From Ophelia neglecta (taxonomy: Eukaryota): a stretch of 64,000 bases of DNA. A model generated the notes under the pieces. That model did no database searches, was not told where the DNA came from, and worked only from the letters and a program-made list of their open reading frames with translations. Below are positions 1-12,302 of the stretch, piece after piece (the first letter of the stretch is position 1; each line of letters opens with the position of its first letter). The translations under genes were made by a program, and so were the position numbers. The DNA is taken from the NCBI GenBank assembly GCA_965285935.1, contig OZ260663.1, forward strand, positions 50,902,001 through 50,966,000. Reading direction: 5' to 3'.

Positions 1-3000
1 GGACTATAAAAACTTCACTCACTTAATAAGTTCTAATAAATTTCCTATTCTACTTGTTTGCTAATAGACAAGGGCAAACTACCACCTTCATTAATCCTTT
101 TTTTCAGTCGATACTTAACATAGATCAATAGCTTTAACGAGCAAGGTTAAAGAGGTTATGGAAATTGTCATTGACGATAGATATCAGCTATGTGAAAAAG
201 CACTAAAGGACTTCCTACATGCTATCAGGTCGGAAGCGTCCCTTCAGGAGTACCGTGTTATCAATATAATGGCGTCGCTTTTCTTTGTTGGAGCAAGCAC
301 ACGTGCTCGAGTCATATGGATGGTATAAGTTGGATTGCCCTTGCCTTTCATTCATTACACTATTTATGTGGTATACATATATAGTTCAAAAGGGGTGGGG
401 GGGGGGGTGGTGGCTTGCATATCATTAATACGGGACAAGTACCTGCGCGAGCGACCTGCTGAAGGGGCAATGATCGTCTGCTACTCAAGGTCACTGGAGA
501 GCTACACGCTTCAAGGTCAATTATACTACAAGGTTGAAGCTAACAGGCTATATGTACAAAGTCCCACTCTAGTTTTATCATTAGTGTAACAATTTTTTTG
601 ATTCAACTAGCACTTGATTATAATTTAATGGTGTGGTAGATGATACGTAGTGTGGTTATTTTATTAAGTTGGTTTAATAGACTAATCTTTTAGGCTACAA
701 AATCGGCCTTGAAATTGATATGGGCATGTAATTATTAAATTAAGAATAATCTCCTCAGAGGAAAACACCATGTTTACATGATGTGATATCTTTAGGATGG
801 CTCGCATCGAATTCTGCTACGAATTATGAGTTTGAATTGATATACGACAGAGTATTTACATTCTTTTATAGCCAAGGAATGCCAAGTTTAATTAATATAT
901 AACAATCAGGAAGGAAGAAGAAACCACCCTTAATAAAATACTGATAATTAATTTAAGTGGGGGCATGTACAGGAGGTTGCATATTTCCGTCAAATTTGCA
1001 AAATGTGTAAATAATAATGCTACCAAGTACTATATAATGGGAATGTTTCTGATAGGATGCTATCAAGGCCGACGTGGGAGAAATGTGAGTGATAATGACT
1101 GGTTGGGAGAGCAGGGAAGTTGGAGGTTTTGTAGGCCTGGATTGTGTCTTTTATGCAATAAGCTGCATTGCGAAAGCGCTCAGATACCGCCGCTGATAAC
1201 AGGGGCGTTAACAATGAACGCTTGGGCTTACTTGAGTGGAAAAGGCATCATATCTGTTCACATAGTATTCTATCAACAGGCATCGATAGAAAGATGATCG
1301 ACTTATCGACTTCAAAATTTACTTAACCAAATCCTCGAAGGGCCTTTCTATCTGCTTAGAAATGTACTCAACTGTAGTTCTTGTTCAAACAAATGCGTTT
1401 AACCCGGGTTCTCGATTTGCAAATATCCATACAAATAAAACAAATTATTTTATAGCAGAATGAGCTGAAATAAATATCATATGATAAATACCAACAAAAT
1501 AAAATGCGTTTACTAGTGACCATGAAATACTTTACGGCTTTACACACTTAACGTGGAAGGTGAGTTTCTGTGCTGTGCTGTGCATAGAGTTCCATGTATG
1601 ATTAATTGTAGTGTTAAGGCTAATTATACTTGGTTAAGTCATTGAAACAACCACACACGCACAGTGTGAAAAGCTTAAAGTGAATAAATAAACAGAAATA
1701 GTGACACGAGGAGTGAAGTGCGACCCTGACCTTCTTGGCTTCAGGATAGGGCGGCAGCTAGTATTTCATTTTGCATGTTGCACTATGGAGTTCTGTAAAA
1801 CCAATCCACACTTTGCTAAAACTTAAGTATCTTGTTTTTCTGAAATCGAAAAGACCTAGAGCCTTTATAAACCTACATATTACGTGGGTCTTGTTACATA
1901 TGAAGCATAGCTGGAAAAGATTACGCGTTATATATTCATATGTTACAACAATACATGTCTTGGATGTCGAACATAAGTTAGCAAGCAGAAATAGTAACGT
2001 GAAGAGAGGAGTGTCTGGAGAATCGATACAGGCCTAAACGATTAAAACTTTCATGACCGGAAGATCGCGGTTTCCGATGCGTTTCCCCCTGGCGATTAGG
2101 ACTTCGGAATGGTTGCTCCGCTTAATGATGATCAATTCATTTTACAATGCGCTATCAGCTTTGCTATGCGTATCTTAATGAGCTATGAGCGCTTTATGAT
2201 GCATGCTTTGCGATGCGCGCCATGCGGTTCGCAGCTTATGATGCGCGCTTTCGGAGGGGAACGCCAAGTGTATACTTATTTCATGGTGTAAACGGCTTCT
2301 TTTTATACCGTTCACATTATTTAACATTAATGTAGTTGTGTAACTGATGAGGAACTGATGAGGATGTTATGAGCAAATACAATATTTTGGGGATAGTTTG
2401 GGGAGGGGGGGGGGGGGGGGGGGCTGGGACCCTTACTTGCTGTGCCAGGAGTACAGACATGTTTACTCTCCCTTTTAACAGGTGGGATGCTTGCATTTCT
2501 AAATGCCTTGTTAATATCGCTTATGCAGGAAACACTATTCAATGTTTGTCTCATCTGGCGCTGCATGCTGGGATACTGTGGTAGGCAAGAAAGTCAGGCT
2601 GCCATTATTTCATGCTGCCATGCTCTCTTCAAAGTTCTCACTTTTCATAACCGAACTGAAAAGGCACGCAACTGCGTCCCGTGAAGTGACATACGTATCG
2701 CCAACCTGGTGTTCCATAAAGCCGTGTTCTAAAATTTATTTTTAAGTTACATTTTTTTCCGATGTCAAAATATTGGGGCTTATTTAATATATCTAGAAAT
2801 CAGCCAATGGGGTAGCCTAATTGGCATATGCGAATTCAACGTTTACAGATAAAATTCACGAATTGCGATGTTGTTTAGTATAAACGGCGAAATGTCATTA
2901 GAATATATTCACGAACAAGAAATATCCAAGATCAAATTTCTTATCCATAACATTTAGCTACATTGGTGCCTTTATAGGATCAGTCCCTATTGACGACTAT

Positions 3001-4763
3001 CTATGGAAGACTGATGACCATACTATGATTGGCCTAGGCTCCAACAGACAAATCACATATTTTCAGTCGTGATTATAAAAAAGGAAACGTCCATTTGCAG
3101 AGCGGCAGTTCTTATTCCGGCGTGTAGCCAAAGTTATGTCCTTGACTCACATTAATGGATGCCCTCGAGAACGGATTTCGGTTTCTCGCGGCCCATGAAG
3201 ACCTCGGATCAATATAAGCAGACGTTCAATAGCGTCATAAGGAATCGAATTAAATGTATTTGGGAACAGTCAATATCGGCGCGGGAAGTACTGTTAAAAT
3301 AATGAATGAAAACTGACTGAGACTTAGTCTGCCTTATGTTTCTCTCGCCCTGCATCCGGTTGCAAAAGGGCTCGCGGTTTTAGAAAAATGACGAAACAAT
3401 TGTGGTAATATGTGAACGGTCCCAAGAAGCGCAATATTCCAAAAACCAAAGATAGCCGCGTTTAAAAAAAGTTAAACGGAGAGCCCTATTTTTACTGGTA
3501 TTGTTGTGGTGACGTAAATCCGAGTGAGCCTAATAGAATGTGCCCAGCTGGCTGCCTGGGTTGGTAGAGTGGAGCACATCGATTGGTTTTGCCCGTCGAT
3601 CGCTCACAGAGCAACATGCCTGTACAGTCACCGCCGACTATTTACACTAAGGTCATTCTTCTTAAACGCAGAATAAAAACTGTCATATCCGAGATAGGAT
3701 ACCCCCGAACACATTCACATTCAGACATGGCGTGATTTCATTAAACCAATTAACCGGTAAGTGAGACTTGTATTATTATGCTAATCAGATCGATTGAATT
3801 GCTATACATTTAGATAGTGTGCCGCTGAACATGTAGATTCTTCTGGTCTATCCTTTCATGAAGCGGTATGAGACGACGCCATGTGTTCTCACCAGGCTGA
3901 ATAGGCACATGCAGGCTAGCTGTACGTGGTTTGCAACTCTGATCAGGACAATCATAATACTATAGCTACTCTATTTTGTGCACGAAACTCAAATGATTTA
4001 GCTTTCAGGTACATCACCTGATTAGTTTTTGCTTAAATTAATTACGTGGGTCCTGTACCACAACATGATTAGTAGGCTAAAGTTGGTGGGCCTGGCTTTA
4101 GCTATTCAGGGAGGAACATGTAGGTGTATAAGGTGTAGAATGACCAACACAATTGCATGGTCTTTATCTTTTCAGCTTATGTTTACATTTTATTTAAGTT
4201 TGTGTAGGCTATAGGCCTTAATAGAGGTTTGGCTTGAGTTAACATGCATGTATAGCGTCGGCGTCATGTCAAAACCTCCTATATGCATTTTTGGTAATTT
4301 TGTTTATTTGAATTAGTTCTCTTGGAAAAAATTGTATTAACATACTGTCAACCTTTGAAATGGTATATTTGTGAAATACCACTTGCGACAATGCTAATAC
4401 GGTTTTAAGAAAGGTATATTGTACGAGTTGTTTTCAAATCTCTGAAATAATCTTACGATCCGATAGGCTAGGCGAGTTGATATTTGAAGTGAATTGCAAA
4501 TACTTAGTACAATATCTCGCTTAGTAGACACTTATCCAGCGACAGTTCAATTCTAATCCAATCAAGGGCTTGAATTCGTGGCCACCAGGAACGTTTTTCA
4601 CAAATTTATTGCAACAAATTCTTACTGCATTTAAACACCCAATTGAACTGTTTTTTAATATTAGGCCTATAGCATAATGATCATGCGTTTCCTCATTTCT
4701 GGCATAGCACTCCGTGTGGGCGTTTTAGTATATCAAATTAGGATTTAAAAGAAAAACATTACA

Positions 4764-6850
4764 CTTAATCTCCCACAGAGTCTTGCAGGGGGGTGTATTG
4801 CAAAGTCTCCCGGTCTGCAGAGTTGGACCGGTCTGGATGGTGGGTGTGGGAAGCACCATATTGGGAAGTGCCTCTTCCTCCACAAACCCAAACAGTCTGG
4901 CTCTCCCAGCATGCTGGAACGATTGGCTAATCGTGGGTTGTCGATGATGTTTTCTTTCTAGTCAACACCGTCCTGCGAGGCGGTTCTGCGCTTTCCCCTC
5001 TTTGCAGGTTTCACACTGCGAAACCTCGTACACGAATCCAAGGATGTTTGATCACGCTGTGCTCCCTGAATGGTACCGGGGTCATCCTGGGGTTCTCTGG
5101 CTACAGGTCAGCCGCTGATGTCGATCAAGACTGCGGGGTGATCAAGGAAGCGGATATGTTTTTGATTTCTCTGTCCCTCCTGCATGGTACATCCTGCAGG
5201 TTCTTGAGTCTCTTTTGTCTCTGGTAACGTTACAGTCTGATCTTCCGCGTCCTTTTCTGAAAATAGCTGGATCAATTCGTCTTCCAACCATTCACTCGCC
5301 TGATCGATGGTGTAATGGTCGTCTTTTAACTCTTTTAATGTCTCCGGGATTAAGTTGTGTCTTTTTTTCCTGATTTACAACGGCGTCTCTGTGCCATTTT
5401 GTATTCTACGTTTGTCATGGTGCATGAATTTCTTATGCTTAGGGGTCTCAATTCAATAAATGGTAGGAGGGTGAGGGCTTGCAGAATCTACCAAATATGG
5501 TAAAAACTGGTTGCAATTTGCGGCATATTCCTACTCTGGACGCCTCTTCTCAACATAATACCGGGTGATGTGAAGTTATTGTGTACCTCTGAGGTTTGCA
5601 CACGCCGAGTCGTGGGCCTCCGTCAGTCGTGACTTCAGATGTCTAACCCATTCATCTGACCCTATAGGCTATTAGATTTGCATCAGGTTGATAGGTTGCA
5701 TCATTTGTCTTCCCAGCATCATCATTTCTGGAATAAAGCCCGTGCTTTGGTGTGACATAGAATGCATTTTTATTAGACTTTATCCCTGCTGTAGCACCTA
5801 ATCACTTGTTGTAAAATTCCTCTTGTCCACATGACGGTTGGTAGGGTGTAGTCCGTGTTTTGGCGATCTGCATGGCCGTACAAAAAGCCAGAAATGAGTT
5901 ACTGTTAAAGTTTCGGCCCTGGTCCGTTTGAACCTGACGGGGGCAACCTAGTACCGCCACCATATGTGCCATAAACTTGGATGCAATGACTTCCGCCCTT
6001 TGATCCGGTATAGCTGCGATCTCGATCCATTTGGTGGTGTGGTCCATCATAACAAATGTGCATTTGTTACCACTTTCGCTGGGGTTGAAAGGGCCCAGCA
6101 CATCCAAATGGACCCGCTTCATAGGGAAGCCCCATGAAATCTCTGCCGCCTTTGGTTTCTTGCAAAAAGCACAATTCTCGGACACAAGAGCCGGATGGTA
6201 GTTAGTAATGGCTTGATCTACCCATGCTCCAATTGGCCGTTCCCCGCCTCTCCGGACCTAAATAGGAGTGGTATAGTTGGCGTCCTGACCGCGGTTCCCT
6301 CCCCGTTCCCGCCATGCGTATTTACTTGCAGAGTCCCTAGTCTGGGGTTTTGTGATATTTTCTGGGACTCATTGACCAAGCTTTTTCAACAATTGTTTTT
6401 CTCCCTGCAGCGAATGTTACGGTGGCTTCCCGGGCTCTTTGTCCAGGGAAACATCGGACTTTTGTGTCTTTAGGTCGATGACAGTTTCTTGGCCTAGTTT
6501 AAGTACAGTCTATCCTTATTAGCTGTCGAATATCCGTGACTTGACTCTACTTGAGATGCAATGTGTTGTAAGGTTTTAGGCTTGGGCATCGTCGCCTCCC
6601 TCTCCCTACTGTCTTTCACCCCGTAATCCTCGGGTTTGAATTTCCTTTTTATGCTTCACATTGTCAGGATATTAGCTAATAAAAGGATCCTATAAGGAGT
6701 ATGTGTCATCTACTTGAAGTTGCTATAGAGAAGACCGAACTCCGGAGTTCACACCAGGAAGTTCCGATCTCGCCTAGCCTCAGGATTCTCGGCGGCACCA
6801 GAGAGCGCTCCTATCACAGTACCACCCATATATTATAAATTTAGACCAGT
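4764..6850 (-). mobile_element. Degenerate, internally deleted Ty3/Gypsy LTR-retrotransposon remnant (integrase region)
   Basis: Minus ORF 5802-6185 has CAFC (end of HHCC Zn finger), PMKRVHLDVLGPF, DHTTKW, TDQGRNF and TRTTPYQPS, the retroviral-type integrase core. Downstream on the minus strand are a MHHDK motif (~5415-5430) and a purine-rich tract followed by TGTAA at ~4763. The reading frame is broken, no RT/RNaseH is seen, and paired LTRs were not found, so boundaries are approximate. Confidence 0.8.
5802..6185 (-). pseudogene. Retrotransposon integrase (rve) fragment
   Basis: The first two catalytic Asp motifs (LDVLG, TDQG) are present. The third motif (usually GQVERFNRT) reads GQEEFYNK followed by a stop, i.e. 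disrupted. Confidence 0.85.
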
Positions 6851-9545
6851 GTGTTATGAATCAAAAGAGGAAATCATACCCATGGTGCATCAGACACATG
6901 TTAATGAAATATAAATGAAACGACTAACGACCAATAGGCCAATTTTTTTGTTAAAAGGGACATCGCCATTGAGCGAGCATGAGCGTGATTTGCCCCGTCG
7001 AAAGCTTCAAGTCAGGCTCTCTGGAGGCAGCACATTTAGAGGGCAGGTTTTATGTTGTAGTGTATTTGCTACGCGTAACCAATCCAGCAGCAAATTTTTG
7101 CACCTTCTGCATCCGTCAATCTATATAATTACACTCAACTTACAAGCGAAATTGATTTTTTTATTCGAATGGGAGCGTGCAATATCAAATAACAGGGTGT
7201 CAAATTTAAAAACCGCGTAGTAAAGACCGGATCAAACACTTCATGTGCCATTTTAAAATAAGTTGCACATTGTTAACAAACTTTTGGTCCACTGTGTATA
7301 ATTGTCCTTGTAACTTTGCAGGAGTACAACTTGATTCCCTGTAAATATAACACCTTTGTCAGAAACTGATTAATAAGTACAAAGTACATGTTATTCTATA
7401 CCACTCTTGTGCAGCGGTCAATGCGGCGATCGGTATTATTGTGCGGCGAGGTGTGTGTACTTTGGTGTTGTGGTTAGGTAACACGAGGTGATCTTTATCC
7501 TCTTCGGATTCTAGCTCAGAGTGGCTGCGTTTTGTATGTGGATATTCCCAGATACCCTTGATAGGTTTAGTGGTAAAAAAAACATCTGGATAAAAATATT
7601 GTGGAGGACAACGCCACTGCGAAGGTACCTCAGCCATTGAATGTTGAAGGTAATTTTGGCAAGAAAGCAAGGATCAGAGGTCTCTCGATAATTTGAAGGT
7701 CGATCACCGTAAAGGCAACGTTATTTTTTTGTACTTGGGTGGCATGCCGTCGAGTCAGTTAATAGGACTACCATGCAAATAGGTCATTAGTGGAGTTAAG
7801 ATGCTCGTATCTATAGGCACGTACGTGTACTGGGACTCTAAGTGTGTACTCGTAGTAACATGTTATTTAAAATGGAACAATACTATGGTCATGGACTAAT
7901 TTTTCATTCTTAAGCTATGAACCAGTATTTATATACAGCCAGCCTTAATAGTTCACTTTCAGCGTACCCACAATGATGTATCATTAATATATACATGATC
8001 ATTTATAAAGACAATATTACGTTACTATTTCGGTGCTAGTATACACTTGGAGAATGTACAGTATTAAGCAAGACTTGTGGTTGTTATGGGATGTTATAGT
8101 ATGGGTTGGGTGGGGGTATGAAATACTTCATCATAGCTTACAATAACTTGCATGCTAGGCCTAATAATAGTTACATTGTAGAACAAATAAACTGAACACG
8201 ATTATATTTGAAAATAGCATTTTGCTCTAATGAAACTAAATAGTAAAACAAAAGTTATCAGAATGAAAAGTATGTTAAATAAAATCTTACTTTTCTAGCT
8301 GTCTCCGATCCTAACTAAATCGTCATCGGACTATCCTATCAATTATGTTTCACTAAATACGATGACATACTCGGTTAAAGACCACTTGATATTTACCATA
8401 TTTTGGGTTACACAAAAATAAAGCGAACATTCTTGTATAGCATCAAATAACCACTTGGATACGAACATCCATTATGATAAACACCCACCTCGAGTCTACT
8501 CATAAAAGGTGGCGGAGCTATGCTTTGAAAAAATATTTTTCCAAGTCCTTCTCCATCCCCTCCATTTCTATCAGACGTTTCTGACAATATACCACGCGTC
8601 AAATTTTCATTGGTAAAATAATGTAGGCCTAAACATTCTGGTCAATAGCGCAGTGTTGACCAAGTTTTGACAATAATGTAATGTTGCAGGAATATCCAAG
8701 GTCTGGTCGTGTTGTGATCTATTATATTCTGAATCCAATATACCTAAATATAATATAGCCTTATTGCACTGTAAATTTATTTGTGTATACTTTTAACTTT
8801 ATTTGGCGAGCCTTTAAGAACTACAGTGTCGAAATATTAGCTACTGTGGGCCAATGTTCATGCAGTTATATATAAGTTCTAATAGACATTCTGCCTTCTC
8901 TAAAACATCTAATGATAAGACTGCGGATCACTCCCGGCAGAGCTATTATTCTTAGCAGAAACGGTGCTGTTTTTTGCCTAAAGAATGCATGGGTAAAGAT
9001 TACATTGGTGTCGCTGCTTGTAAAACACGTAGTAGGCAATGTCGGATTCCCAGGTGCTGAAAATCTGTTAAATGGAGCCAGGTCATGTTCTTTCTTACAC
9101 ATTTTTAGAGGTTTTTACTTCTGTACAATTGTGTTCCATTGTTCCGGGGTCCCCAAAGCATAAAATATCAAATATGGCCCAAAAGTATAAGAAAAGTTTA
9201 ATACATATTTATTTGTTATCTTTTTTAGCTACAAAGCTTCCTAAACCATAGATACCTGTACCTATGTGCTTCTAAGAGCAGCCACCAACATATTTCGCTG
9301 CTCCCTAGCAGCACATACAGTACATATACATTTACCTTTAGTCAGTAGCAAGGTGTTCACCTCATACAGGTCCATCTAGTGGTCCCTAGGAGATGATCGA
9401 ATGGCAACCACCCAACAGACTGTTCTTATTATGTTGTTTTGCCAGCCAGCTGAAAATGGCAACGGAACAGACATTCATCAGATCAGATCGTTGTGGACCT
9501 CCGAGTGTTGGACGGCCAGGGTACATGTAGCATGTGGCAATGGTA

Positions 9546-9850
9546 TTTTTTTGCCAGTACAATGAGCGGGATATGATTTTTTCTTGTTTGCATCTGCATC
9601 TACATATTAATCTTTTAATTATCTCTTGTATCCCTGGGCTCACATTGTTCAGTTTTGCGGTATGTCTCTTTTTTCGTTATTTTATTTAACCTCATATTTT
9701 TTTTGCCAATACACGGAGCGGGATATTTTATTTTTATTCTTTCTTGCATCCGCATCTACATATTAATCTTATAATTATCTCTTGTCTGTCTGGGCTCACA
9801 TTGTAGAGTTTTGCGGTATGTCCCTTTTTTCGTTATTTAATTTAACCTCA
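9546..9850. repeat. Direct tandem duplication, two ~150-bp copies
   Basis: tttttgcca.tac...gagcgggatat...gcatctacatattaatctt...tgggctcacattgt..agttttgcggtatgtc...ttaacctca occurs at ~9546-9696 and ~9697-9850. Confidence 0.85.
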
Positions 9851-11584
9851 CAAATATATTTCCTCTGTTTCGCTGTCTATCCGTCTGTCTGTCTGTCTAT
9901 TATATCGCTTCCAGTACTTATATTGTTGTCTGTTACAGGCCTATATGCGTAACAAATATTCTGGTTTCTACATTATCGTGATATATATAAATATAAATAT
10001 AAATATAAATGATATAAAACCGTACGGAATTTACATTATGATATGTTTTTCCCGAACCATTACATATAGGCTGATGTTAAAGTCATGCACACATTCGATA
10101 ATTACTAGCACATATATGTATATGTATACACAGTGCCCATACAAACTTAAATTCGTACACAATATATAAATACATGAACAAATGCGTTCACAAATACACC
10201 GATTTGTTAACAGATAGTTGATCTGGGCTGAACACAGGTCCGAATTGAATAACAATAAATCAATAACACACTGATCACTAATATGTTTAATATAGCTTCA
10301 TGTAAACGTTTCACTCCAACAGATCTGACACAAACCACTATCAATATAAAATGCATTTTTTTATATCACAGTAATTCCCACAGACCATGCATATACATAA
10401 AAATGGAAACTTTTCAAATGTAGGCTACATCAAAGTCCTTTTATGATAAGGTTCATATTACATTATCAAAACTTCTGTCTGGCGTTTATCCTCTTTTTTG
10501 AATGTCTTGCAGTATATAAAATGGTCAATATGACACGACTATGGTTGTCAAAAGAATATTGTTAGTTTATAGGAAAGCGTGAAGATCAAATCACTTCACT
10601 TGGGCTTCAAGGCATAATGTGGTGTTCTACGGGCCACTTGGCGCTGCAAAAAAACCATCTTGATATGAATTTATCATCTTAGAAAAGAGAACTGCGAAGA
10701 GGAATTTAAGGGGCATCTTATTTATCCCTTTACAGTGTGCCATGTATAAAGTGCTTAGTAACAGAACTGGATCATGCATTGCCACTCAATCGTGAGACAT
10801 CATTTTCATGTATATCTTGCCCATATTTGTACCTTGTTTTTTCTGTCAATTTGTTGTTTTTCTTCCTCATAAAATATATTTGGTGGAAGTCTTGTTTAGT
10901 GAGGACGGAAGCTGAAATTAGGCCTGCGCCCAGCAGCATTTAGGCGCTGTGGGAGTGAGGATTGAAAATAAATAGTCTCAATATAAGCCTATATTATTAT
11001 ATATTACAGTATCCTAGATGCACATACTACTTACCATGTTCACCACAACAGTATTCACGATATGAGACACCCCTGAACGAAATCATTGACTCCAGTGTAC
11101 CAATTTAAAGTACAATGCTATCATGTTGTACATCGGTAGAGTGGTGGATACCCACAAATCTCGCGACAATATAATTAAAAGAACTCAAAACCTTTCCCAC
11201 TTTTTTCCTATTGTACATAAAACCATGGCGGGCAGGGGTTGACTCAAACCAGTGGTTTCTCACCCCGTCGACTACAGCAGGATCTAATTTTACCATCAAC
11301 ACATATATTTTTTCACAGACCACTTGGCCATAAGTACTTTTATAATGTTAATTTTCTTGGTTCCTATAGGCAGTATTATTCTCTTATTTATTTAGACCTA
11401 AAAAAGGAGATGAAGCTTAGGGCGTTTAAATTGTAGGCATGTCCTGCTTAGGGCTTACGACATACGTCCCATGGAGTAGGCCTAATCTGGGTAAAGTATG
11501 ATATCATTTAGGTTAAACCGCCAAAATTACGGCACATAATCAACTTAATTCGGGCACATATTAGGCCTATATATAGATGCAAAT

Positions 11585-11816
11585 ACAATATTTGCGAGTT
11601 TTAATTTTGCGACCAAACTGGGCTTTCTTTGCAAAATTCGAAATTTTAAACCTGCTCGTACATTTTATTGGTACAGTACTGTAAAAATGTTCCTACTGGT
11701 ACAAATTTAAGTTTTAGCAAAAAATGACTCTTCGCGTGTTTTTAAACTTGCTACGGAGCAGTTTTTCGCAAAATTTCCGTATTTAAACCTTCGCGAACAT
11801 ACTCAGAATTACAGTA
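11585..11816. mobile_element. Fragments of TACTGTA...TACAGTA-ended MITE family
   Basis: Ends read tactgtaaaa (11677) and attacagta (~11815), with internal tttcgc/ttcgcgaa repeats. A similar decayed copy lies at ~47147-47349. Confidence 0.45.
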
Positions 11817-12302
11817 GTATTAGTAAATAATTTGTAGAATTTTGTCCGATGATGCCCCCCCCCAAAAAAAAGCCCCCACCCCTAGACTAAATAACGAAAG
11901 CTCCCTTAAGATTAAAACCAAAGCTACCCATTAATTTACATATCTATATAAGCCCGTTATTCAAAAATATCAAAAAGTATAATGTCATTGCCTGCCAGTC
12001 CGGGCCCCAGCTTACTTTTTTAAAGTAGGCCAGTTTGTTTTCCAATAAAACAGTCTGCGATTACACTTACTCCGATGACTGGCGAAACGCATTAACTCAT
12101 CGATAGCGGGAACGCGCAATCTCAAAAACTTAGCTGCTAACATAATATTATATTATGTAAAACTTAGCCTTATGATAATGTATTGATTTCGTTCACCATG
12201 CAGTCTCTTTGGTTGCTGCAGTACGAGGCCATACCCAGCTAAACCCGGACCTCAGTCGGAACCCGTCGTACTCTCATTTTCAACCGTTTATTATAGACAA
12301 CC

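Noticed and set aside
7359-9163. Short ORFs 7359-7670, 8408-8602, 8866-9102 and 8912-9163, considered as Polinton/viral fragments
   Set aside because: Only vague motif resemblance (e.g. GEGLGKIF); no domain I can support without a search.
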